Shown: in pieces, positions 12,861 through 26,040 of the stretch | Position numbering within the stretch: the first letter of the stretch is position 1 | Layout of the letters: each line of letters opens with the position of its first letter | From: Proteromonas lacertae | Lineage: Eukaryota | Length of the DNA stretch: 64,000 nt | Reading direction: 5' to 3' | Assembly (NCBI GenBank): GCA_002245135.1 | Contig: NGBS01001179.1 | Coordinates: 1-64,000, forward strand | Translations under genes and position numbers: made by a program | Notes under the pieces: generated by a model | Databases searched by the model: none | The model's input: the letters and a program-made list of their open reading frames with translations, nothing else | Told to the model about the DNA's origin: nothing

Positions 12861-14667
12861 ATGATTATTAAAAGTGAAACATGCAAAAATGAAGGGTATA
12901 TATACATTATCGGCTGTAATTATGTTATTCATAGAATAATTCGAGAAGCTGTAAAATGCGGCTTTGGTGATTTGAGAGTGATAGTAGAAAATGAAGAAAT
13001 AAAAACATTTAAATTTATTCTCTATGTATGTAATGAAACATTCAGAAAATTATTTGATGATCCTTTCTTCGAAGAACCATTGAAGTTGTATGATGAGTGT
13101 AGTAAGGAAAGTTATTTGATGTTGGAAAAATATTATCAAGGTATAGAAATTGAGATAACTGAAAAGAATTGTGTAGATCTATTAGCTATCTGTGTGTGCT
13201 ATAATGAAAACAAGATTATTAGTGCATTAAATGATTATGTAATAAATCATTTAAATGAAAACATTGTTGTTGATTTATTAAGTAAAAAAGAGATATTAAG
13301 AAGTGAAAATTTGAAGGAATTGAAAGAAGAATTTGAATATTTCTTAAAGAATGAGAATTACAAAATAGTGAAAAATGAGTTATTAAATTACATATCCATT
13401 GACAATCTTGCGCAGTTATTTTCATTGGGAGTAATGTTTAATGGAAGTGAAGTTGAATTATTGAGATTATTGATTGGCTATTATAACCACAATTTAAACA
13501 ATTCAAAAGTAGAAGAAGAAATGAAGAGAATAATCGAGAGATGTAGTTTTGATCCAAAATTACAAAATGAGTTAAATGATGAAGAAAAGAAGGTATTAAA
13601 CAATTTAAACATCTCTCTTAATGTAAATGCAAGTGAAAAATATTCTATTCGATATTATTCTCTTCCAGAAGTAAAGAATGTGTATTTTTATGATTTCTTA
13701 ATGCATTATAATCCTGAAGAAGATATTCCAGAAATAATATTTAATAGTATATAATATTGTTGTAATTTCATATAGAATCTCACTTAGTGTTATTAAAGAG
13801 TGAAGATATTTCAAGTGATATTGATATTCTATTGAAAGAAGGTAATATAAGAATTATTATGTTAATTTTACAATTATATGATGGCTTATATATGAAATTT
13901 GATGCAGATAAATATTCTGTGATTTTAGATGTTATTCTTAATACTTATACAAACATTAATAATGAAGATAAACGAATGTTGTTGATGATGCAAATAAAAA
14001 AATTCATTACTGATGATGATGATGAAAAGAATGATGTAGTATTTGAAAAGGTGAAAGAAAAATGTGGAATAGAGTTGTTGTATAAGTTATTAAAAGATAT
14101 AAAGATCTTAGGTTATAAAAGATATTCATCATTATTGAAGTATATGCATAAATTTAGGTTAGATGATGCTGAGTGTAGATTATTAGATTCAACAGTGGAA
14201 GATGAAGAAACAAAGAAAAAGATAAAATGTATTGATATTTGTTAACACATTATTATATCATAGATCATAAATTAAAATCAATATCTTATTCTGATGATCG
14301 AAAAAATTATAATGGAGATTGTTGGTATTCTTCTTGTTACCATGAATTAAACTGTAAGTTTATAATTGGAGATAAAATTGATTTAAAACCAATAATTGAT
14401 AATATTATTGATGTTGAGAGTATAACAATTGAACCTGGTATAATAACTAATTCTATATATTTATACTTCATTTTAGAACTTCCCTCTGGATTATCGTTTG
14501 ATCAAAACACTGGAATTGTAAGCGGAAAAGCTAGTGAATGCATTACTAAGAAGTATACAATAGCAATTAAGAATGTGCATGGTTCAAAAAAAGTAAAAAT
14601 TGACCTTACTATCAAAAGAAAAAATGAAGATAATAAATCTAGTGCAAAAAGGTATAGATTTTTTTAA
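12861..14667 (+). CDS. BTB/BACK-domain protein with a C-terminal putative Ig (He_PIG) domain
   Basis: GDLRVIVENEEIKTFKFILYVCNETFRKLF...MLEKYYQGIEIEITEKNCVDLL (BTB), and LPSGLSFDQNTGIVSGK...YTIAIKNVHGS (putative Ig). Micro-introns join ORFs 12852, 13787 and 14239. Confidence 0.75.
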
Positions 14668-15244
14668 ATAATACAACAATTACCCTGTTTTAACTGAAAT
14701 ATTTTCATAAATTTAACCATATTTTATTAGTATCATCATAACTCATAACCATCACTTTATATACTTCAACATATTTTTATGCAGCATAAATGCACTGTAA
14801 TTTAGACATGCCTTTGATTTTTAAAGAGTTTAATAGAAATATATTCGTTTCACATTTTTTAATTTTCAAATTATGTGTTACACAAAGTACTTAAAATTTA
14901 TTCAGTTATTGAACAATGATCAATTTATAAGAAGAAAACAATTTGTTATGATTGAGAACATAAATAAACTGTATATATGAAATACCTAAACAAATACTTG
15001 TTATGTGGTTATTGAATATAATTCTGATATAAAAAATATCATGATATGATAAATAATAGCGCATTCATATGTATATATACTAATTGCAGATTTCAACCTT
15101 TGCTAGTTGATATGAGCTGAATATCAATCAATATAATAATTACAATGTGTATATCAAAAATATAATATTAATCAATCTATAACTTGATGTTAATCACTGT
15201 AATTAATGAAAGAAAGAAGGAAAATAAAATCAATATTCTTATAA

Positions 15245-15760
15245 ATGGCAAGATGGCATTCGAGAATTAGAAGGCTTATTAACAAAAAGAGGATAAGTTA
15301 TTTATGTCATAGCTGTCGCGGTATAACATATGACCTTCCAAGAAGTAAATGGATAAAAATGTTTAAAGAGATAGAAAAAACAGGAAATATTTCGCAAGTT
15401 GCAAGAGTAAATTGCATAGTAAGACAAACATTGTCTAAAAAATACAATGATTATGTTAAAAAGCAAATAGATCCAACTGAAGATACTCGGGGTTATTGTA
15501 AAAAGATATTCAGCAAAAGGGAGGAATTGGTTATATTTGATGCATTATGGAATTTTGGATTGGAATATGGATTTGAAACAGCATTTTCATATGATGCTTT
15601 ATTAGCAGCCGCAAAATATGAGTACGAAATACTATCGACAAAAAGAGAGATGTTACCGTTTGATGGTTCTATTGGATGGTGTAATAACTTTAAAACTAGG
15701 CATGGGATACATACTATAAATGGCAATAAAAACTATTACCAGTGGGAAGTGATGTTTTAA
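15245..15760 (+). CDS. CENP-B/Tc5(pogo)-type helix-turn-helix DNA-binding protein lacking a DDE domain
   Basis: NISQVARVNCIVRQTLSKKY (psq-like HTH), IFSKREELVI, and FDGSIGWCNNFKTRHGI (Tc5 HTH signature FxxSxGWxxxFxxRH). Intronless, 171 aa. Confidence 0.75.
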   Translation: MARWHSRIRRLINKKRISYLCHSCRGITYDLPRSKWIKMFKEIEKTGNISQVARVNCIVRQTLSKKYNDYVKKQIDPTEDTRGYCKKIFSKREELVIFDALWNFGLEYGFETAFSYDALLAAAKYEYEILSTKREMLPFDGSIGWCNNFKTRHGIHTINGNKNYYQWEVMF

Positions 15761-16052
15761 AATAATGATATAATTTCTTATTCTAGTAATTTGTTGTGTT
15801 GTTCATACTGAAATCTTGTTTGTATAAACATATAAAAAAGAAAATCTCTTAATACACAAATAAAAATGCTTAAGCTATATGATTACATTATAATTATTGA
15901 TTTAATGCTTTAATTTGTAATATAATAAAACAGAAATCAATTAAAAGTATAATAGTGAGTTATATGTTGTAATATAGAAATTCATAACAAATTACAATAT
16001 AAATAAATATAATTAATAAAATACATTAATTTATAAACCTACTATTCCTTTC

Positions 16053-16310
16053 TTATTTTGATTCAAGTAGTTTTTCAGTATCAAGTATTAATTCACTTAT
16101 AGAATCTTTTTTACCTTCCACTAATTTAGTCTTCTTCATTTCTTCACAGTTATTCTTAGTATCTAATCCTAAACTTTCTAAATCTTTATCAAGAGTTGTT
16201 CTTTTTCTATCTTGGTCTTTCTTTTCTTCTTCATTCTTTTCATCTTTTTTCTCTTCTTTAGATTCTTCATTCTTCTCATTTTTATCTACAGCTACATTAA
16301 TAATTTTTAG
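16053..16310 (-). pseudogene. Orphan 3' fragment of an E/K-rich protein
   Basis: Open frame KIINVAVDKNEKNEESKEEKK...TEKLLESK* with no in-frame ATG at its 5' end. It abuts the start of kinase-LRR copy 2. Confidence 0.35.
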
Positions 16311-16423
16311 TTTTGTTTTGGGTCATGAATATATACAAATGATTATATGGGAAAAGCTTATTAGTCAAAGAAACAAGCATTTTTCTCTTTTGAGAGAAAT
16401 ATAAAACGACTCTAATTTCAGAA

Positions 16424-19400
16424 ATGTCATTTTTTTCTCTAAATCGTGATATAGACCAATTATTTGAATATAAAAAACCAAAATTGGAAGTATTTGGTGT
16501 ATTTATATGAAATAGATAAAAGAAAAGGTCGTAAAGAGTATTAATGAAATAGATTTGGTAGTACAACATCATGATAAAATTAGATGTATGAAAATTCTCA
16601 ATGTACAGGATATAAAAGAAAAGAAGGTATTGAAGTTCTTAGAAAATAACTCCTTAATCTCTGATTGCTGTTTATACTTTGTTTACCCTTCCAAAATGAA
16701 TAGGTACAGTGAATATATTATACTATCAAGAAAATATTATTTTAGAGATTTAGAAGAGATGATTCACAATAAATGCATATCAAGTGATGATATTTGTAGT
16801 ATAATATGCTATATATGCGATATTTTGATAAAATTGAATGAATTTAATTTGCTAGTGAATAATCTGAAGAGTAGTAACATAATATATGAAGATAATAATC
16901 ACCTAAAGTTATGTGATTTATGTTTAAATGTTTTGAGAAAAGTAGAAGGGATAAGATTATATGATATATGCTTTACAAGTCCAGAAGAGTTAAATGGCTT
17001 AGAATGTGATAAAAGAAGTGTGATTTGGTCAATTGGTTGTATATTATTTGAAATGATAAACAAGAAATTACCATTTAATGAAGATGATAATATCTATAAG
17101 ACTAAAGAAAAAATATTAAGATTCAAATGCTGCTATCATAAAAACCATGATAATATAATGAAAATAATGATAGAAAAAATGTTAAAAGTGAAAAATGAAG
17201 ATAGATTGAGTTTAAAAGAGTTGAAAAAAGAAATGATAAAAATAAGTGAAATATTAAAAGATGAGAATAGGATTATAATGATATGCAAAGAAAGAAAAGA
17301 AATGTTATACAATAATGACGATGCAATTATCACGTTTCCAATAATATATCCATCAGAATATTATCTAAATAGTGATAAATGTGTGGAAATTTGTAATAGA
17401 TTGATAAAATCATACAATTATAAAGCTAATGAAAAAATACTCTCAATATTGTTGATGATGAAAATATACGAAGATAATAAATCAATAGAAGATAAACTGA
17501 AATTTCATATTCATCATAGATGTAAAGATAATAATGAGTGTTATTTAGATAAAATGATATTTGATATTAAAAGCAATTTTAATGATTCTACAATTATTGA
17601 AATTTCTTCAACACATATTTGTTTTTGTGTAGAAAGTATAAATTATTTGTTCAGATTATTGAAATTAATCAATCCCATAAAACTCAAATTTAGTATAAGT
17701 CTAACAAATTATATATTTATAGAAGTTTTATATGAATGTGGTATTGCAATCAAACATCAATCATATTTTGGATCATGTTTTTCTCAATTATTAAATCTAC
17801 AACGATTAGATTTACATTCATGCAACCTTTCTTCTGATTTCATTGAGCTATTTATAGGGTCAATATCATTGATGAAATTAGAATATGTTAATCTATCATG
17901 TATTTAATACTATTTTTATATATTGATATGAAATAGACAATCCAATTGGTCCAAAAGGCTTCAAATTATTACTATCATATTTACACCTGTTAATAAACAA
18001 TAAGAATGAATTGAATCTTAGAGAAATGAACTTAAATGATGAATCAATGATATTATTATCAGAAGAATTATCCAAATATCCAAATATCAAGATACTAGAT
18101 ATATGTTGGAATAACAACGTTCATTCAAAAGGATTAAAATCTTTATTCTCCAAAATTCATATATCAAAAATAAGATATAATTTTAATAGAAAGAATAAAG
18201 AAATACTGATTGATAAAGATATTGGAGAAATAATGAAAATCATTAAATATGGTGAATTAAATGTGAGTGGTTGTGAAATAGATGATAAATTTTTCAAATC
18301 ATTCATTTCATTAAGATCAAATGAATTTGGAGAAATAAAAAAGTTAGATTTGAGTAGTATAATTTTACTATATTTTATTATTTAGATAATAGACTAACAT
18401 ACAAGAGCATAGAAATACTGATAAACAATTTATCTTCATTTACAAATCTTAAAAAACTTCATTTGAATGGGAATGAAATAGGAGATTTAGGAATGAAATT
18501 ATTATCTCCATATTTATATTTATTACAAACAGATTATTATGTATTGAATTGTTCAAGTATAATAATTATATTATACAATGTGCAATAGAAATGGGATTAT
18601 ATTCGAGTGGATTGAAATATTTATTGGATGGATCAAGGACTGGTTATCAAAATCTCACATATGATATAAGTGATAATAATATTGGTTCAGATGGAATAGA
18701 ATACTTGATGAATTATGTGAAAGAGAACAGTAATATAAAACAATTAGTCATTCATAGTATTAATATTTATGTGATATATATTTAATAGATAATCCAATCA
18801 ATAATAATGGATTTAAGCTATTGCTAAACAATCTACATATATTAATAGATTGTCTTAAAATAAATTTGAGTAACATAACAATAGATAATGAAAGTGTTAT
18901 ACTATTAACAGATAAATTATATTCACTTGAAGAATGTTATACAATAAATTTAAATGGAAATAACATCAAAATGAATGAATTGAAAACAATTTGTACAAAT
19001 TCATTTGCAATTGGTTTATATCAATACAATCCATTTATAGAAATGAAATGTTTATCATGGACAAATGAAGAATTAGAGTATTATTTGAATTATTGTATTA
19101 AAAAGAGTAAAAATGGACGTGAAAGAAAATATGATTTTTCAAGTATAATTATAAATTGTAAATGAAATAGACTTAAATCTTAATGATTATCATATTTCAC
19201 TAATTAAACAGATTGATTACACGAGACTTGATTTATCGAATAATCACATTACTTCTAAAGGATTAAAAGAATTAGTAGATTCTTTACCAAAATATGTAGA
19301 ATATATTTCAATAAATAGAAATCCTATCAGAGATGAAGGAGTAGAGATAATCTGTAAACATTTAGCTAAGTTTTATACTAAATATACACTATCATTAAAT

Positions 19401-19765
19401 CTTTCAAGTACTTTTTATGAATATAATATATTTGAATAGACATTGGAATGAGTGGAAAAGGACTGAAAATGTTAATAGAACAATTAAAAGATTATAAACC
19501 ATTAAGAAAGATTAACCTATCTGGAAATGAATTGGATAAAAGAGAAATGAGATTAATGAAAGAAAATAAAGTAGTATTTGATTGTTTAGATGAATTATCA
19601 ATAACATTTAAAGAAAATATAGATAAAACAGAATTAAAATCATTTTTAGAAACATTTTTGATGATTGAAATAATAGAATTAGATGGAATTTCAAAAGAAG
19701 AAAAGATAGAACTATCAAAAGAATTTCATAACGTATGTAAATGTAAAATGCTTATGGAATATTAA
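16424..19765 (+). CDS. Pseudokinase-LRR protein, copy 2 (multi-exon)
   Basis: ATG at 16424 (MSFFSLNRDIDQLF), 26-nt intron 16490-16515, kinase fold (NNLKSSN, CDLC, TSPE, WSIGCILFEM), and LRR exons separated by introns 17900-17936, 18357-18385, 18557-18588, 18757-18788, 19143-19170 and 19408-19439. Confidence 0.9.
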
Positions 19766-19875
19766 TATTGATTGTTTATGATGCATTTGAGTTAGGCAAA
19801 ATATCAATAAATAAAAAAAACATTTATAATCAAATTAAATATTTACATTACATTATTAAAGCATAAATAAATAAA

Positions 19876-20876
19876 TTAAACATAATCTTTCTTTTTTATT
19901 TCTCCATTATCACTAACTTCGTAATATTTACCTATTCTCTTTCGTAATATTGATGGTTGAAGGCTTACTGATCTTCTAATCTCTTTCTTTTCTTTCTTTT
20001 TCATCTTTTTCTTCTCAATTCTTTTCAAATGAGGTGATTCAATACTTTCTTCTTCTTTTTCTATTTCTTCTATTGGATCATGTTTATTTATTGATGGCAA
20101 TGATGTTTTTGCTTTTGTATCAGACTTTTTCATCTCCAAATTTAAATAATTTGTTTTCATTGGCGTATTATGAGTAGTCTTACATCTTCTTTTCCCTATT
20201 CCAGCAGTCTGCATATATTTTATCCTTTCATTTGTCTTGTGTAAATCCATTATAGCAATTCTCAACTTTAACCATACATCTGTAGTGGCTGGTTCAATTT
20301 CACTATTATTTGTGTATATTTCTTGGTAATATTTAGGTAAGACGAATAATTGTTTGTATAAATCAACACTCTCCCTTACATCTTCTGTACAGATTAAATT
20401 CTCCTTTAACTATGATTATATAATGATTTAATTATACATTATATCTTCTTAAACTATTCACAAACTCAATAAGTTCATTATAACTACTTATAGACTCTTT
20501 TTCATCATATAATCTATGTCGATCTATTATTAAGTAATATTACTTATTAATATACATCTGTTTGAAGTTACAATATCTCTAAATTCATCGAAAGGAATTG
20601 ACTCTTTTCCATAACCTCCTACAAAACCAAAAAATTCAGGAAGATTTGATCTACCTTGATTTATATGTAGTTTTTTCATCATTCTTATTAACTCTCTATA
20701 CTCAAGAGTTCCTAAATAATATTTTTCATTGGTATACCTGAGTGATTTTCATCTAATTGATCAAATAATTCTTTTATAGCTATATCATCAGCAGAATTAT
20801 ATCTCTTAGGTTTGTTTAGTGACTTTTCGTGTTTTATTGCCCATTCCTGACTCCAATAAAAGTCATATAAAGACAT
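19876..20876 (-). CDS. EF-hand-containing protein (multi-exon)
   Basis: Minus strand reads IKELFDQLDENHSG-(intron)-TLEYRELIRMMKKL, an EF-hand loop. Basic C-terminal tail. Confidence 0.55.
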
Positions 20877-21013
20877 ATCAGTTGAACTTTATTTGAGGAT
20901 AAGTTCGCAATTTTGTTTTGAATTATTTCATTTATATTAACCAAAAACAAAAACAATATTTATTTTCCAACAAAAATTATTAAGAGAATCTGATATACTA
21001 AATTTATTGAATA

Positions 21014-22700
21014 TCACTTATTACCATTTGCATAAGGATGATAAGTAATATTAGCATTTGGAAACAAACTTCTTAAAAGGTCTTTATTAGCTGTATTATT
21101 GTGATTATGCTATAAAAATAATAAATATATAGGTAAATAAACACACAATAATCATACCTGTTCTAGATATGCTTCATCAAAGCCAGGAGGTGGTGGTACA
21201 TACTTTGTTTTAGGTTGATTAGACATTAACATCTGCAATAATGACATATTCTGCTGTTGTTGTGGTAATTGTTGTGGTGATTGAATAAAACCAGGTGGAG
21301 GAATTGGTATTGACGTTGCTGCTGGTATTTGTTGATATTGAATAGGAATCTGCTGTTGTTGGATTGGTTGTGGTTGATACATTGGTATGAATGAAGGATC
21401 ATTGTAAAACTGTTGTTGTTGTTGTTGTTGAATAATTTCATCATCTTGTATAATATCATCAGTATTAGCAGAATTCTGAGTATCAATAGAAGAACTTTGC
21501 CTATTCTCTGTAGTGTTATTATTGCTAATAATTTCACTTCCTGTACTGTTGTAATTACTATGATCTATGGAGGAGATGTCCATTGCCATTATTATTCCTG
21601 TAGTAGTAGCAGTAGTAGTTGCTGTAGTAACATCATCATCATCATCATCTTCTTCTTCTTCTTCACTATTATCATATTTTATCTCTTTATCTTTACTATT
21701 TCCAACATCATCATTATTATTAGAAGTTGTAGTTGTTGTTGTTGTAGGAGTAGTATATCCAGAATCAATATCAGATTTAGGAGTTGATGTAGAAGGTGGT
21801 GTAGATGAATAACTCCTCTGATAATAATAATTTTTATTATTATTACTACGATTATTATTAGAAGAAGAATTCTTATGCAAATACCACTTTGGCTGTGGAA
21901 ACCTTGTACTATCGAAATAAATATTACGACGATTAGGTATTTTAGGAGGATGAGAGGCTTCGTAGAACTCAGGATTATATCCAGAAGTCTCTTCTTTAAT
22001 AAAACACATGTTATCTGGTGCTTTTTGATGGTAATATAAACAATTACTACTATGACACTCACGATTGGATAAAAAGTATTTACAATACTTAGTAGTGCCA
22101 TAACTGGCTTTCAGATATAAATCATCTACATATACACCATCGATTGCTTGAATACAGTCGGTTGCACTCTCTTTCGTTGTATACATTATATATACATTGT
22201 ATAATCCAATACCGTAGAAGTTTTCTCCTTTATGACGCTGTAGTGTACAATGTTCTATTGTACCGTATTGACCAAAGTAGGGTTCTGTCATTAATAAGTC
22301 ACGATCGGCGAGATAATCAGGCATACCTGTCACATATACCAAATGGTCATTAACAATTTTTAGCTCTGAATCAGGCTATATGTTATATATAATAAAATAG
22401 ATGAAAATACGGTATTGATCCTCTTCTTTTTGAACTTTTCTAATTCTAACCTACGTGTTTGCTTCTTTTCTAGTAGCATTGGATCTAATTTAGCTATCAT
22501 TTCGTTTTCTTTCTTATATTTAGCTCTACAGCTAGGACATCGAGGATCTTCCGATAGAAGTCTATCATAACACCAAAGACATATCTATGAGGATATAATT
22601 ATTCTTACTGTACTTGGAATTTACAAGGGCACGGGAAAAATTGAAGGTCAGTCTCATCGAGAGGTTCTGAACATATTGGGCAAATATCACGAGTGTTCAT
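21014..22700 (-). CDS. CNOT4: CCR4-NOT subunit 4 (C4C4 RING + RRM E3 ligase)
   Basis: MNTRDICPICSEPLDETDLQFFPCPCKFQ|ICLWCYDRL...CPSCR (RING), VYVTGMP...YFGQYG (RRM), and ASYGTTKYCKYFL...C...CLYYH. Confidence 0.92.
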
Positions 22701-23219
22701 CTATAGAGATTAAAAATTATACTTTAACGCATACTATTTACGAAAAAATGATAGTATGTCTATCAACAGAAAAATTATAAATAATCAAGCTTAAAAGCGC
22801 GGTTTGATATAATTGAATGAATTAGTAGATGCTTATACATATGAATATGATAGAAAGTATTTTTTTTAGAATAGTGAAGTATAAATATCATTAAAATAAC
22901 ATAAAAAAGAGTAATTGAAGTTGATTATCTTGATTATTCGATATAATGTGTTTATTATTAGTTAACACAGTGATATGCATAATATTGTACTCAAATATAA
23001 CGTTTTTATTACTTGTAAGACAGTAATTCATTCACAATTAGATTAATTGTATGCATTTGATTGATAAATGTATGATAGCAGATATTTGGGGTTTGTATAA
23101 GTCTATTTTTCTTTTTATGAGAAGAAAAATAGAAATACATTTTCAAAAAGCAAACATAAATCAAGCTTTTTTTTAAAATAACGTTTTTTGAGTTTGAACT
23201 ATTATTCGTAATTTAAAAG

Positions 23220-25575
23220 ATGGATTATGCAAAACTCATACAACAGACACTTGATCTAATACATTCATACAATCCAGTAGTCTCAACTGTTGATGGTCAT
23301 GTTTATGATCAGCTTGGAATAAAGGATGGAGATGTATTTTAAATATTATAATTTCTTAGGATGTTGATGAAGAAAAATTATTTGTTCAACAAATTTTCTA
23401 CGGATTGAATCGTTATGAAAAGATGTTAAGAGTGTTTTCAGCAACATTCTTTCATGTAAATCGAGCAAAAGTTCTAAGGATAGATAGAACACTCTATAAT
23501 ATAATGGCATATCTAACATTTTTCAGATTAGACGAACTAACATTCCATGAACTGAAATTACTAATAAAATCTCAAGATCCACAGAAAATGCTTTATTTTC
23601 TACAGTATGTGTTTAATCCAGACACAGTTAAAGAGTGGTTATACGATGAATGGTGTAATATAATGGATCGAAGTTATATAGATAATGAAATATTAGATAG
23701 ATTAAAAAGGTTCAAACCAAAAGCAGATAAATTAATAGATACACTTCGTAGGCAAACATTAACAGCTGAAGATGGACCAACAGGAACTACTATACCAGAT
23801 ATAATAAAATTAAATAAAAAACCACCAACTATACCAAAACCATTTAATATAACAAAGCCAAAGCCAAGGTTATTGCCAGAACCATTCAAAATATCACAAG
23901 AAAAATTTGCCAATAAAGCCCCAGATTTTTCAAACACCAGTTTAAGAGAAATCGAAGATACAAAAAGAGCAAGAAGAGAGGCGATTAAGAAAGAATTAGA
24001 TGAAGATTATAAGAAAGCAGAACAATTCAAATTCCATGAATCAAAACCAAGTAAAACGTACATTCAAATGTTGATAGATAAACAAGAAGATGAAGAAAAA
24101 CTAGAAGCTGGTTTCAATATGAAACATGTCCATCCTGTTCCCAAAATGGATGAAAATGTATCCGTTAGAGTCAATGCAGCTGCAATCCTCCGTGAAGATG
24201 CATTAATTCGTAAAAGACAAGAAGCTGAGATGAAATTATTAAAAGATTACCAAGAGAACTTAAGGGATTCATCTGAATTTGATAGATGGCAACAAGAAAT
24301 GAGAGATAAAGATGAAGCAGCACGATTAAAGGCAGTAGAAGATAGAAGAACAGAAATGGCAGCAGCACAAATGGAAGCCTTAATGGCAATGGAAGAGAAA
24401 CTTGAAGAAAATCACCGAAATGCATTGAAAATGAAAGAAAAATCAGTAGAAGATAATATTATTATAAAGAAACGAAAAGAAAAAGAGTTAATAATAAAAC
24501 AAGAGAATGCTGAAGATATAAAAGAAATTAGAGAAACAGCTCCACGAGAAGCAGAAAAGAAAGTGTTAAAAGAAAAAGTAAAAATAAGAAATGAGTTGGT
24601 TGAAGAAAGTAAAAAATTATTAGAAAAAAAGAAAAAAGAGGAAGAAATAGAGAAAGAAAAACGTGATGATTTAATTAGACAGATTCGAGCCTTAGAACAA
24701 GCCCCAGTAGAGAAAGTGAAGATGTATGATCCAACAGAGACAAGTGGTTATGGATTCTTAGATGAAATGTCCTTACAAGAGTTAAGGGAAAGATTAGATA
24801 TATTAAAAGTGAGAAGAAAACAAGAAGAAGAAAGAAGAAGGCAAGAAATATTAAAGAATCAAGAAGAGAAGCAGAAGGAATTAGAAGATAGATTGGTAAT
24901 GATACAAAAAGAGAGAGATGCTAAACTTACATCTAAGAACAAGACCAGACAAAGAATTAAAGAAGAAAAAGAAAGAAAAGAAAGAGAAATTAGAGAAATT
25001 AGAGAAAGAAATAACTTAATGTTGGCAGAAAAATTGAAAAAAGCAACGTCAAGCCAAGCTTGCCAAACTAGAAAAATTGAAAGAAGAAGAAGCATTAATA
25101 GCCAAGAAGAGAATGTTTTTAGGTGCAGCAAAGTCAATGATGGAAGAAAAGAGATTCAATGATCAACGAAAAGGAGCTGAAAGAGAAGCGTTTAACCGTC
25201 AAGATATGGCTCAATTAGAAGCAGATACAGAAGGACAAACGAAACTATTAGAACAATATGAAAGAAAGAAGAATGGAATCCAACAGATTCAAGTGAAAAA
25301 ACAAATAAATAAAAAGAGAGAAATAGAAAATCAAAATGATCTAAAAGCAATGAGAGGAAGAGAAAGAGAGAATAAATTAACTCGTTATAATATGACCACA
25401 ACAGAAAGAATACTAGAAACTGACACAATTACAATCAAGGAAAGACAGTGCTCCCTATACTACAATGATTTCGACAAAAGATGTAACGATGGGTAAAGAA
25501 TATACCAAAAGTTTGAAGAGGACGTCTTCAATAAAATCTGCTGGTGAAAGTATATTGAAACCAGAAATGGCATAA
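23220..25575 (+). CDS. CFAP99: Cilia- and flagella-associated protein 99-like
   Basis: YLTFFRLDEL...SQDPQKM...FLQYVFN...EWC, TIPKPFNITKPKPR, NAAAILRED, LRDSSEFDRWQQEM and GFLDEMSLQELRERL. Apparent indel frameshifts near 25040 and 25450. Confidence 0.8.
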
Positions 25576-26040
25576 AGATTTGATGTAATTTATAGAGTTT
25601 AATATATTCTTTTATTAATATTTATTTCTTTCGAATTTTCTTTCTGTTTATGTAGATAATTTTGTATATTAATATTATCAAATGAAAAGTCACTATATTT
25701 TATTAAAGTATCATGTAGATCAATTATTAACTCACAAGAATCCCTACAACAGTATGGAAATTCAGGACTGTACATTGCACCTATAGTTATCTAGTTTGTG
25801 AATATTATATACAACTATCTTGACATTCGAATGTTTCACAAATTTTGTTAAAGATGTAAATTATCGGTTTAATAATCAACAATAATGTATAATAAATAGT
25901 ATAACAACCATTTTTAAAATCAATCGGAATTGGTAATAATATATCATAATATTTTCAGCATAAATTTATATTCTTCTTATTTTCGTTATTTTTACTTCCT
26001 ATGCAAATAATTACAACAACAAAAAAACAATTAATACAAC

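Noticed and set aside
25030..25460. Frameshifts in CFAP99 (and in the PUS1, ankyrin-RING, CBS and thioredoxin genes) as programmed frameshifting or pseudogenisation
   Set aside because: They are scattered over unrelated conserved genes and often lie in homopolymer runs, which is typical of long-read assembly indels. No shared slippery-site context is evident.
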